Shown here: piece after piece, positions 1 through 9,300 of the stretch
Layout: each line of letters opens with the position of its first letter
How positions within the stretch are numbered: position 1 is the first letter of the stretch
Source: Candidatus Sericytochromatia bacterium
GTDB lineage: Bacteria; Cyanobacteriota; Sericytochromatia; S15B-MN24; JAQBPE01
Direction: 5' to 3'
Assembly: GCA_035285125.1 (NCBI GenBank)
Contig: JAYKHR010000060.1
Span: forward strand, 9,293 to 73,292
Length of the DNA stretch: 64,000 bases
Translations under genes and position numbers: made by a program
The notes under the pieces: model-generated
The model's database searches: none
What the model saw: the letters and a program-made list of their open reading frames with translations, nothing else
What the model was told of the DNA's origin: nothing

Positions 1-2
1 AC

Positions 3-2519
3 GTGGAGGCCGTGGGTGAGGCGCGCCTGCCCGAGGTGGGGCTCGCTGGCGCCTTCCGCCGCGTGCCCGTGCGGCTCAACGGGGTGGTGCGCCTGACGCC
101 CGGTGGCCTTACCACGGGGGGGCTGCGCCTCACCCTCGCGGACGCCCGCGCCACCGTGCGGGGCACCCTGGACCGACGCGGGCGCTCGGACCTCGCCCTC
201 GACGGGCGCGTGCCCTCGCCGGAGCGGCTCGGCGCCTTGCTCGGCGTGGCTGGCCTGCACGGTGAGGACGTGCACTGGCAGGCCCGGGCGCGTGGGCCCG
301 CGGGCGACCTCCGCCTGGAAGGCGACCTCGGCGCCGCGGAGCTCGGTCGCGGGGACGTGGCGCTCACGCGCGTCGTCGGGCAGCTCCGGGGGCGCTGGGG
401 GAGCCGGCTGCTCCTGGCTGGGAGCCTGGCGGGCGAGGCCACGCGGGCCGGCCGGCCGCTGTCGGCCGGCTGGCGGCTGCCGCTGCGCTACGAGGCCCCG
501 GCCGAGCGACCGGCCCGCGGGCGCCTGACGCTGGCGGGGCTCGAGGCCCGGCTCGGTGAGGGGCGCGTGCAGGGCGACGCGGGCTGGGACGGCCAGCGCC
601 GGGAGGTGCGCGCCCACCTGTGGACCGAGCGCCTCAAGGTCGGTGACCTCCTGCCCGACGCCCCGGCCAGCGGCACGGCCGTGCCGCCGGGCACGAGCCT
701 GGCCGCGAGCCTGGACCTGGAGGGCCCCGTGACGGCCCCCCGGGGCTTGCTGCAGGCGCAGCTGGGCGCCTTCCGCCAGGGCGGCGAGGCGTTTGGCGCC
801 AGCGAGCTCAGGGCCCGCTCCGAGGGCCACGAGGTGCGCCTCGACGGCCGCCTGTTCGGTGGCGCCGCCACCCTGGTGGGGCGCGTGCCGCTGGCGGACA
901 CGCCGGGCCAGCTGACGCTGCTGCTGCGGCGGGTGCGGCTGGACCCCTTGCTGGCTGCCGTGCCGGACTCGCTGCGTGGGGCCGTGGAGTGGCCGCTGGG
1001 GGGAGAGCTTGCGGGGCGGGTGGATGTCTCGGGGCGCTGGCGCCGGCCGCGGGAGGCCCGCGCGACGGCCGAGCTGCAGCGCTTATTGCTGCGCTACCCC
1101 GAGCTCGAGGTCGCCAACGAGGGGCCCTGGCGGATCTCCTATGCGCGAGACCGGGTGTTGCTCGACGCTTTTCACCTCGTGGGAGGCGGCACGAACCTGA
1201 CCGCCCACGGCACGCTGGGGCTCGGCGGCCCCTCGAACGTGACGGTCGACGGCCGGCTCGACCTGGCCCTGCTGGAGAAGATTGCGCCCCGTCAGTTTGC
1301 TGGTGCCTCCGGGCGGGCGCGGCTGGAGGGCTCCCTGCGCGGCCGTCTTGGCGCCGAGGACTTCACGGGGGCCCTCACGCTCCGGGACGGGGAGCTCGAG
1401 ACGCGGGGGCTGCCGCAGCCGATCCACGACCTCTCGGCCGCCGTCCGGCTGACGCATGATCGCGTCTTCCTCGACCAACTCCGGGCCGGCTTCGGGCCTT
1501 CCGGACGCCTCGAGGCCGCCGGCGGCGCCCGGCTGGGCCCGGGGGGGGACCTCGCTGGCATCAACGTGAAGCTCGACGCCCAGGAGGTCGCGCTGCGGTT
1601 CCCGGGCATCGAGGCCGTGACCAACGCCGACCTGAGCTGGGCCTGGACGCCGGGCCAGGGCCGGCTCGACGGCCAGGTGCGCATCCTGGAGGGCCTCTAC
1701 TCCCAGGACGTCGCCCTGACGCCTGGCGCCCTGCGCAGCAAGCCCCGTCCCAGCCAGGCCCTCCAGTCCCCCTTCGTTCAGGACACCGCGCTGCGCCTCC
1801 AGGCCCTGCTCCCCGACGGCTTCCTGGTGCGCAACAACGTGGCGCGGGGGGAGGTGCGCGGTGACGTGCTCGTGCTCGGCACGGCGGCGGATCCCATCCT
1901 CGTGGGCCGGGCCGAGGCCCTCGACACCGTCCTTTCGTTCCAGGGGCAGGAGTTCCAGGTGCAGGAGGCCACCGTCGACTTCATCGACCCGCGCGTGCTG
2001 ACGCCCTACTTGCACCTCGCGGCGCACGGCAAGATCGAGGGTGTGGAGGTCACGGTGCGCGCCAACGGCACGCCCGACAAGCTGCGGCTGGACCTTTCGA
2101 GCACCCCCGCGATGAGCCAGACCGACATCCTGACGCTCATCGCCACGGGCAAGACCGGCAAGGAGCTGGGCGAGGCCGCCGGAGGCGGCCTCGGCGCGGC
2201 CTCCAACGTGCTCCTCGACCGCGTGGCCGACGGCGTGGCCCGGGGCATCACGGAGCAGGGGGTGGTCGACGTGCTCAAGGTCAAGCCGGGCTCTGTCGAC
2301 CCCGCTACCCCGGGGGGCGGCAGCTTCACCGTCGGCAAGCGCGTCAACGAGCAGCTCACGATCACCTACACCCAGGACATCACCGCCGCGCCAGGGCGGC
2401 CGCAGGGGCGCGTGATGATCTTCGACTACCTGCTCACGGACGCCGTCGTCCTGAAGCTCGAGCAAGACCTTGGCGGGGGCTTCAACGCCTCGGCCCGTTA
2501 CCGGCTGCCGGTGCGGTGA
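3..2519 (+). CDS. tamB: TamB/AsmA-like translocation and assembly module protein (5'-truncated by the window edge)
   Basis: Long amphipathic beta-rich protein with a DUF490-like C-terminus (FIDPRVLTPYLHL, GTPDKLRLDLSSTPAMSQTDILTLIATG, VGKRVNEQL). Translationally coupled to an Omp85 gene. Confidence 0.85.
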   Translation: MEAVGEARLPEVGLAGAFRRVPVRLNGVVRLTPGGLTTGGLRLTLADARATVRGTLDRRGRSDLALDGRVPSPERLGALLGVAGLHGEDVHWQARARGPAGDLRLEGDLGAAELGRGDVALTRVVGQLRGRWGSRLLLAGSLAGEATRAGRPLSAGWRLPLRYEAPAERPARGRLTLAGLEARLGEGRVQGDAGWDGQRREVRAHLWTERLKVGDLLPDAPASGTAVPPGTSLAASLDLEGPVTAPRGLLQAQLGAFRQGGEAFGASELRARSEGHEVRLDGRLFGGAATLVGRVPLADTPGQLTLLLRRVRLDPLLAAVPDSLRGAVEWPLGGELAGRVDVSGRWRRPREARATAELQRLLLRYPELEVANEGPWRISYARDRVLLDAFHLVGGGTNLTAHGTLGLGGPSNVTVDGRLDLALLEKIAPRQFAGASGRARLEGSLRGRLGAEDFTGALTLRDGELETRGLPQPIHDLSAAVRLTHDRVFLDQLRAGFGPSGRLEAAGGARLGPGGDLAGINVKLDAQEVALRFPGIEAVTNADLSWAWTPGQGRLDGQVRILEGLYSQDVALTPGALRSKPRPSQALQSPFVQDTALRLQALLPDGFLVRNNVARGEVRGDVLVLGTAADPILVGRAEALDTVLSFQGQEFQVQEATVDFIDPRVLTPYLHLAAHGKIEGVEVTVRANGTPDKLRLDLSSTPAMSQTDILTLIATGKTGKELGEAAGGGLGAASNVLLDRVADGVARGITEQGVVDVLKVKPGSVDPATPGGGSFTVGKRVNEQLTITYTQDITAAPGRPQGRVMIFDYLLTDAVVLKLEQDLGGGFNASARYRLPVR

Positions 2520-5335
2520 TGGGGATGCTGTCGTCGCGCCTTCCCGCTTTCGTGCTGGCCGCTGTCCTCGCCGTGCCGCTGGCCGCGGCGGCCCACGCGG
2601 CCGAGGCTCCTCCCGGCGCGACCGTGGGCCACGCGAGTGCCGGGACGGTGCACGAGGTGCGCTTTGCCGGCGACACCACGGGCCTGGACGAGGAGGCCCT
2701 CCGGCGCCTGCTCTCGGTGCGCCCGGGCGGGCCATACGACGGCTACCTGCTGCGGGACAGCCTGGCGACGCTGTACCAGACGGGGCGGTTCGACGCGATC
2801 GACGTGCGCCTCAGCGAGACGGAGGCCGGGGTTGCCGACGTCACCTTCGACCTGAAGCGGGCGCGCGTGGTGACAGGCTGGAGCTTCTCCGGCTGTCAGG
2901 TCCTCCCTGAGGAGGCCCTCGAGCGCGTGCTGGAGCTGACGTGGGGGCAGCGCTTCGACCCCGACCAGTTCGCCCGCTGGGAGCGCCTCGTGCACGACAG
3001 GTATGCGCGCGAGGGCCTGCCGCACGCCTCGGTGGCCATCACGCCCGTCGCGCGGGATGCCGGTCGCGTGGAGCTGCGCTTCACGGTGCGCGAGGGCGCC
3101 CCCGTGCGCATCCGCAAGGTGCTCGTGACGACGGCGGGCGGCCTCGCAGAGGGCGAGGTCAGGCGCCTGCTCGACCTCTCGCGCGGGGAACGCCTCACGC
3201 GCGAGGGGCTTGCCGCGGCCGTCGAGCGACTCGAGTCGCGGCTCGGGGCCGAGGGCTGGGTCAACGGGCGGGTGCGCTGGGCGATCGTGCTGCCGGATGG
3301 CCGCCGGGAGCACAGCCACGCCGCGGCGATCGCGGAGGCGCCGGAGGCGGTCGACGTCGCCGTTGTGGTGCAGGAAGGCCGGCCCGCCACGGTCGAGGTC
3401 GACGGGGACGTGTTGCTGCCCGAGGCAGAGCTGGCGAAGGCCATCACCATCTACGAGCGCCACTCCGTCAGCCCGTTCGAGCTCGACGCCAGCGCGGCGA
3501 GGATCCGGGATCTCTATGTCTCGCGCGGCTACCCGGAGGTCCGGGTGGCCGCCGAGATCGCGAAGCAGGACGGGGAGCGCTACCGGGTGCGCTTCCGGGT
3601 CCTGGCCGGGCCCCGGGTGCGCGTGCGGGCTGTCCGGTTCGAGGGCAACGAGGCCGCCGATGCCCCGACGCTGCAGCGCCTGATGACGCTGCGGGGTCCG
3701 GCGGGGCCGCTCGGCGAGGGCTCGCCCTTCGACCCCGCGGTCTGGGAGGAGGACCTCGCCGCCCTGCAGGCCTGGTATGTGGCCCAGGGCTACCAGCGGG
3801 CCCGGGTGGTCGGCGTGCGCCGCGACCGGGTGCCCGGGGGCACGGACGTGCAGCTCACGATCGTCCTGGAGGAGGGGCCGCGCACGGGCATCGGTCGCAT
3901 CGAGTTTCCGGGTCTGCTGGAGCACCAGAAGGCCAGCGCGCTGCAGGCGATCGGGGTGAACCCGGGAGATGGCTACAACCCGGCCCGCACCGCGGAGTGG
4001 GTGGCGGCGCTGCAGGCCTACATGGCGCGCGAGGGCTTTCCGCTCGCCCGCGTGGCCGTCACGCTGGAGCCGGGGGCGCAGCCGGAGGACGCCACCCTGC
4101 GCGTGGCCGTCACGCCTGGGCCGCGGAAGATGCTCGGTCGTGTCGTCGTGCGGGGCAACCTCAAGACCCAGGACGCCGTCGTTCAGCGCCAGATCACCTT
4201 CCGGCCAGGGGACCAGTACAACGGGGACGAGCTCGTCGCCACCCAGCAGCGCATCTACCAGCTCGGCTTCTTCGACCGCGTCACCGTCGAGCCGATGCGG
4301 TCGATCAGCCCCGACCCTGCTGAGCCCATCGACCTGCTGGTCGTCCTGCACGAGCGAGAGACGGGCTGGGTGGGCGTCGGCGGCGGGTACGGCTCCCTGC
4401 AAGGCCCCCAGGCCAGCGCCGAGTTCCTGCAGAACAACATGTGGGGCTCGGGCCGGCCGCTGCGCGTGGAGGGAATGTTCAGCGTGCCGCGCACCACGCT
4501 GGCCGCCTCGCTGCGTGATCCCCACCTCTGGGCCCCCGGCCAGATCGGGGAGGTCGGCTTCACCTTCCTGCGCGAGCGGCGCCGGGAGGGGGAGCCGCTC
4601 TACCAGACCTTCGGCCCCACCGTCGGCCTGTCACGGCCTCTGGGAGACACGTGGCTGGGCAGCCTGCGCTATGCCTGGGGTCAGACGACCTACCCCGCCC
4701 TGACGCCGGAGCAGGTCGAGGCCGCAGCCGCGCTGCCCGAGCGCATCAACAGCATCTTCACGGCGGGCCTGACGAACGACTCCCGCTCCGACGTGCTCAA
4801 CCCCCGCTGGGGCAGCAAGCTGGACCTCGGGCTGGACCTGGCGACGCCGCTGCTCGGCGGGCGGCTGGTCTACGCCCGCCCACGCCTCACGGCCGCCACC
4901 TACTTCCCGCTGCCCCGCCGGGTGGTGCTGGCGTTCGGGGTAGAGGGCGGCTACGTGCTGCCCTTCGGGGGCACGGCGGCCCTGCCGACCGACTTGCTGT
5001 TCGTCACGGGCGGGGCGAGCACCCTCCGGGGCTACTTCAACAACGTCTTCCCGGCCGGGCAGCCCCAAGGGGGGCGGCTGATGGTCGTCTCGCACGCCGA
5101 GGCGCGCGTGCCCGTGTGGGGGGACGTGGGCCTCGTCGCCTTCTTCGATGCCGGCAACGTCTGGGAGGGGCCTCTCACGGTCTTCCGGGACGGCGTGCGG
5201 CTGACGGGGGGGCTCGGCCTGCGCTACAACGCCCCGGTGGGGCCCGCCCGCATCGACTACGGGGCCCGCCTGTGGCCGGACTTTCAGCCAGGCAACTGGG
5301 AGGGGCTGTACATGGGGCTCGGCCATGCGTTCTGA
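2516..5335 (+). CDS. Omp85-family outer-membrane assembly protein (BamA/TamA-like) with multiple POTRA domains
   Basis: Signal peptide; repeated POTRA-like segments (LYQTGRFDAIDV, VRFEGNE, VRGNLKTQDAVVQRQI); barrel motifs GGASTLRGY, FFDAGNVW, GLRYNAPVGPARIDYG; terminal Phe (GHAF). Confidence 0.92.
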   Translation: MMGMLSSRLPAFVLAAVLAVPLAAAAHAAEAPPGATVGHASAGTVHEVRFAGDTTGLDEEALRRLLSVRPGGPYDGYLLRDSLATLYQTGRFDAIDVRLSETEAGVADVTFDLKRARVVTGWSFSGCQVLPEEALERVLELTWGQRFDPDQFARWERLVHDRYAREGLPHASVAITPVARDAGRVELRFTVREGAPVRIRKVLVTTAGGLAEGEVRRLLDLSRGERLTREGLAAAVERLESRLGAEGWVNGRVRWAIVLPDGRREHSHAAAIAEAPEAVDVAVVVQEGRPATVEVDGDVLLPEAELAKAITIYERHSVSPFELDASAARIRDLYVSRGYPEVRVAAEIAKQDGERYRVRFRVLAGPRVRVRAVRFEGNEAADAPTLQRLMTLRGPAGPLGEGSPFDPAVWEEDLAALQAWYVAQGYQRARVVGVRRDRVPGGTDVQLTIVLEEGPRTGIGRIEFPGLLEHQKASALQAIGVNPGDGYNPARTAEWVAALQAYMAREGFPLARVAVTLEPGAQPEDATLRVAVTPGPRKMLGRVVVRGNLKTQDAVVQRQITFRPGDQYNGDELVATQQRIYQLGFFDRVTVEPMRSISPDPAEPIDLLVVLHERETGWVGVGGGYGSLQGPQASAEFLQNNMWGSGRPLRVEGMFSVPRTTLAASLRDPHLWAPGQIGEVGFTFLRERRREGEPLYQTFGPTVGLSRPLGDTWLGSLRYAWGQTTYPALTPEQVEAAAALPERINSIFTAGLTNDSRSDVLNPRWGSKLDLGLDLATPLLGGRLVYARPRLTAATYFPLPRRVVLAFGVEGGYVLPFGGTAALPTDLLFVTGGASTLRGYFNNVFPAGQPQGGRLMVVSHAEARVPVWGDVGLVAFFDAGNVWEGPLTVFRDGVRLTGGLGLRYNAPVGPARIDYGARLWPDFQPGNWEGLYMGLGHAF

Positions 5336-5909
5336 GGGTTGGGCCTGGGTGGTGCTGGTGAGCGTCCTGGCTGGGCCCGCGCAGGCGGCCTCGCCCGGGC
5401 CCTCGCCCGTGGTCGATGGGGTGGCGGCGGCCATCGGCTACGAGGTGGTGCCCCGGTCGCTGCTCGTCGCCTACAGGGGCGCCTTCTTGCCTCGGGCCGA
5501 CGAGGGCGTGGCCCTGGCGGCCCTGATCGACGAGCGGTTGCTCGGGGCGGAGGCCCGCCGCTACGGGCTTGCACCGGACGAGCGGGCGGTGGCCCAGTTG
5601 CTCGCCCAGCAGCCCGTGCCACCCGGGTTCCAGGCGGAGGAGTGGCGCCAGGTGCTCACGGACCGCGTGCTCGCCGGCCAGTTGCTGGCCTTTCGCTTCG
5701 GGGACTACGTCCCCATCGGCCGGGAGGCGATCGAGGCCTACCTCGTCGCCCACCCCCAGCCTGCCAGCGTCGGCCGCGAGGCCCGCGAGGCCTCGGCGCG
5801 AGCGGCCCTGCTCCCGGAGGCGCGCGCGCGTCGCGAGGCCGCCTTCAAGGCGGAGCTTCGGTCCCGGGCCGAGGTCCGCCTGATGGCCCCGCGCCCGTCA
5901 CCGGAGTGA
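5325..5909 (+). CDS. Secreted protein resembling a SurA N-terminal chaperone domain
   Basis: Signal peptide, then VVDGVAAAIG...LIDERLLGAEARRYGL...ELRSRAEVRL, a SurA N/C-domain-like pattern with no PPIase domain. Overlaps the Omp85 stop. Confidence 0.55.
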   Translation: MRSEGWAWVVLVSVLAGPAQAASPGPSPVVDGVAAAIGYEVVPRSLLVAYRGAFLPRADEGVALAALIDERLLGAEARRYGLAPDERAVAQLLAQQPVPPGFQAEEWRQVLTDRVLAGQLLAFRFGDYVPIGREAIEAYLVAHPQPASVGREAREASARAALLPEARARREAAFKAELRSRAEVRLMAPRPSPE

Positions 5910-5999
5910 TGGGGGCGGGTCTGCTAAGATGGGCGCGGTCCGCGGCCGGCCCCGGTCGTCGTCGCGGGGACGATTCCTGTGGAGGTCTCGACACGTAAC

Positions 6000-6278
6000 A
6001 TGTACGCCGCTGAACTGCATCGCACCGACGTCCTCAACCTGCTGGGTCGCCTGGTGAACCTGCGCAGGCACGGCCTGATGGCCGACGACATCCCGGTCCA
6101 GTTCCTGCAGGACCGCATTGCCGTGCTGTTGCCGGCCGCGGAATTTCCCCCCGCCCGCCAGGTGCGCCTCAACGGCCAGTTCCAGTGCCTGCTGACTGAG
6201 CGAGGCGGCCACGGCTACCTGGACTTTGTCGACGACTGGCGCGGCGCCGAGTCGCTGCTGGACGCCGGGTTCCACTGA
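6000..6278 (+). CDS. Small hypothetical protein (alternative GTG start at 5979)
   Basis: GC3-rich codons, GGAGG upstream, TGnTAAGAT extended -10 near 5923; precedes the kinase-GGDEF gene. Confidence 0.55.
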   Translation: MYAAELHRTDVLNLLGRLVNLRRHGLMADDIPVQFLQDRIAVLLPAAEFPPARQVRLNGQFQCLLTERGGHGYLDFVDDWRGAESLLDAGFH

Positions 6279-6311
6279 CCCGGGGCCCCGGGCCCGGGTA
6301 TGAAGGGAGCG

Positions 6312-9300
6312 ATGACGGACTCGCTGACCCCGCGCTTCGACCTCCAGACTCTCCTGGGCGAGGGGGGCATGGGGCAGGTTTGGCGGGCGATCGACCGGGT
6401 GACGGGCCACATCGTCGCCCTCAAGCGGTCGGCGGCGCGGGAGGCCGAGGCCGACGCGCTGCGCGGCGAGTTCTGGTGGCTGCGCAGGCTGCAGGGCGAG
6501 CACCTCGTGCAGGCCCACGATTTCGGCCTCGATGCCGATGGCTGGCCCTGGTACTCGATGGAGCTGCTCGACGGTGGCGCGGCGGAGGCCCTCCCGCTTC
6601 CCCCGGAGGAGGCGCTCGATCTGGCGCGCCATGCCTGTCGGGCCCTGCGTCGCCTGCACGCCGAGGGCCTGGTGCACGGCGACGTGTCGCGGAGGAACGT
6701 GCGGCGGGGCGCGGACGGTGCCTGGCGCCTGATGGACCTCGGGCTGCTCTCGCCCGTCGGGCAGCGGGGGGCCGTCCGCGGCACGCCCGACTACATGGCC
6801 CCGGAGGTGATTCAGGGGGCCCCACTCGACGGCCGCGCCGACCTCTACGCGCTCGGGGCCGTCCTGCACCACCTGCTCACGGGGGTGCCGCCGTTCCAGG
6901 TGGGGACGACGGCCGCGCTCCTGCGGGCCCACCTCGAGGATCCCCCGCCGCGGCCCTCTGCCCGACGGCCCGGCCTGCCGCCGCTCTGGGACCGGCTGCT
7001 GCCGCGGCTGCTGGCGAAGGCCCCGGGGCAGCGGCCAGCCTCGGTGGCCGAGGTGCTCGCCGAGCTTGGGGACCCTGTGGAGCCAGGCCCGGCGCCGCTG
7101 CTCACGGCGCCGTTCGTGGGGCGCGAGGGGGAGCTCGCCTGGTTCGATGACGCGCTCGGTGGGCTGTCGCTCGGGCGCACGGGGGCAGCCTGGCGGTTGG
7201 AGGGCCAGCCCGGCGTCGGCAAGAGCCGGCTCCTCGACGTCTTCGCCGCGCGGGCGCAGCTCGCGGCCACGCGCGTCTTGCGGGCGGGCTGCCGGGGCGC
7301 CGGCGCCCCGTACCACCCCTTCGTGGGCCTGCTGCACCAAGCCTGGCCCTGGCTGGAGGCCGAGGAACCACGGCTCCTGGAGGGCCACGCCGCGGCGCTC
7401 TCGCTGCTGGTGCCGGAGCTGGTGCAGGCGCCGTCGCGCCACGCGTTGGAGCCCAGAGCCGCCCAGCTTCGGGCCGTCACGGCGCTGGTGGAGCTGCTGG
7501 TGGCCCTGGTGCAGCGGGGAGGCCTCGTGGTACTCCTCGACGACTGGCACCTGGCGGACGGGCCCTCGCGCGAGGTCCTGGCTGCGTTGCTGCGTCACGT
7601 CCAGGGGGAGGCGATGCTGCTCGTGGTCGCCACCGACGCGGATGGCGCGGAGGCGGTGCTGCCGGGGCTGCCTGGCCTGCGCTTGCAGCCGCTCGGCCGG
7701 CGGGAGGTGGCGCGGCTGGCCGGCGCAGTCTTCGGCGGGGCCCACGTGCCAGGGCCCTTCGTCGAGCAGCTGGCGGAGCTCTCGGGCGGGGTGCCCCAGC
7801 GCGTCGACGCGCTGCTGACCCACTGGGCGGCCGCGGGCGTCATCCCTCAGGTGGAGGGGCGCTGGGTGCTGGACGTGCTGCCTTCCGAGGTGGTGGCCGG
7901 CGTCCAGGCCGCGACGCTCGACGGGCGGCTGGCGAGCCTCGGGGACGCCGAGCGCACCTTGCTGGCCCGGCTGGCCGTCGCCCGAGCGCCCGTGGCTCCG
8001 GCCACCTTGGCGGGGCTCACGGCCGACCTGCCTGACGCCGCCCGATTCGAGGCCCTGGCCACGCTCGAGCGGGCCCGCCTGGTGGGACGCCTCGAGGCCG
8101 GGTTCGCGGTGGTGCAGCGTCATCTGACGGAGGCCTGGCTGGCGAGCCTGCCTCCCCAGGCGCGGCTGCACGCCCACCGGCGATGGGCCGAGGCGCTGGT
8201 CGAGCTCCATCCCAAGCTGCCGGCGCTGGCGAGGGAGCAGGCGCTGCGGCCGGAGTTCTCATCGCTCGACGGCGGCGCGCTGAGCGGCGAGGTGCTGGTG
8301 GAGCTCGCCGGGCACCTCGTGGCCCTCGGCGGGGAGGCCGACGCCGCCGAGCGGGTGCCCGTCGTCCTGGCGGCGGCGCGCCACCTGGCGGGCCTGTACG
8401 ACCTCGCCGCCGCTGCCGAGCTTGCCGGGCACGCCCTGGCGTGGCTGCGGCAGGGCGACGCGGGCGCCTCCTGGCCGGTCGTGGGGCTGCCCGTCTGGCG
8501 TTGCGCGGCCGCCGTGCTGCTGGCCGACGTGGCGAGGTTTCAGGGCGAGCTGGCCGTCGCCGGGCGGACCTACGAGGAGGCGCTGGCAACGCCAGAGGCC
8601 GTGGAGGCTTTGCCCCTGCGCGTGCGGGGCCTGATCGGCCTCGCCCTGGTGGCGCAGTCCGAGGGGCAGCACGTGCGGGCCCTCGGGCACCTGCGGGAGG
8701 CCCTGCCCCTGGCGCGGGGGCTGGCCGAGGCGCGGGAGGAGCTGCGCTGCCTGGCGGCGATGGGGCGGCTGCACTACCAGCTCGGCGAGCGGACGCGGGC
8801 CGCGCTGGTCTACGAGGAGGCGCTGGCCCGGGCCGAGGCCGTCGACGACGCGGTCTACATGGGGGAAAGCCTGGCGTTCCTGGGCTACCTCGACGTGTCG
8901 GAGGAGGCCTCCGAGGCCGGTCCCCCGCCCACGGAGCGCGGCGTCGCGAGGCTGCGCGAGGCAATCGACCTCCAGGGCCTGGTCGGGGACCCTCTTGGCC
9001 TCAACGACAGCCACATGCTCCTCGGAAACGCGTTGTACCACCTCGGCGACCTGCCTGGGGCCGCGCATGCCTTCGGCCGAAACCGGACGCTCTGCCGGGA
9101 GCTGGGCTTCTTCGAGGAGGCCACGGCCTGCCTGAACCTGGCCCTGGTGGCCCTGGCACGTGGCGAGCTGGCCGAGGCCTTCGACCTGGCCCACGTCGCC
9201 CAGGGGATGGCCCGGGAGCGTGCCGACGCCTTCATCGAGGACCTGGCGCTGGCCCTGGAGGCCCGCGTGTGGGTCGCGCTCGGCAGCCCGGGTCGGGGCT

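Noticed and set aside
6278..6299. Palindromic cccggggccccgggcccggg before the kinase gene
   Set aside because: Pure G/C palindromes arise by chance at this composition; no U-tract.
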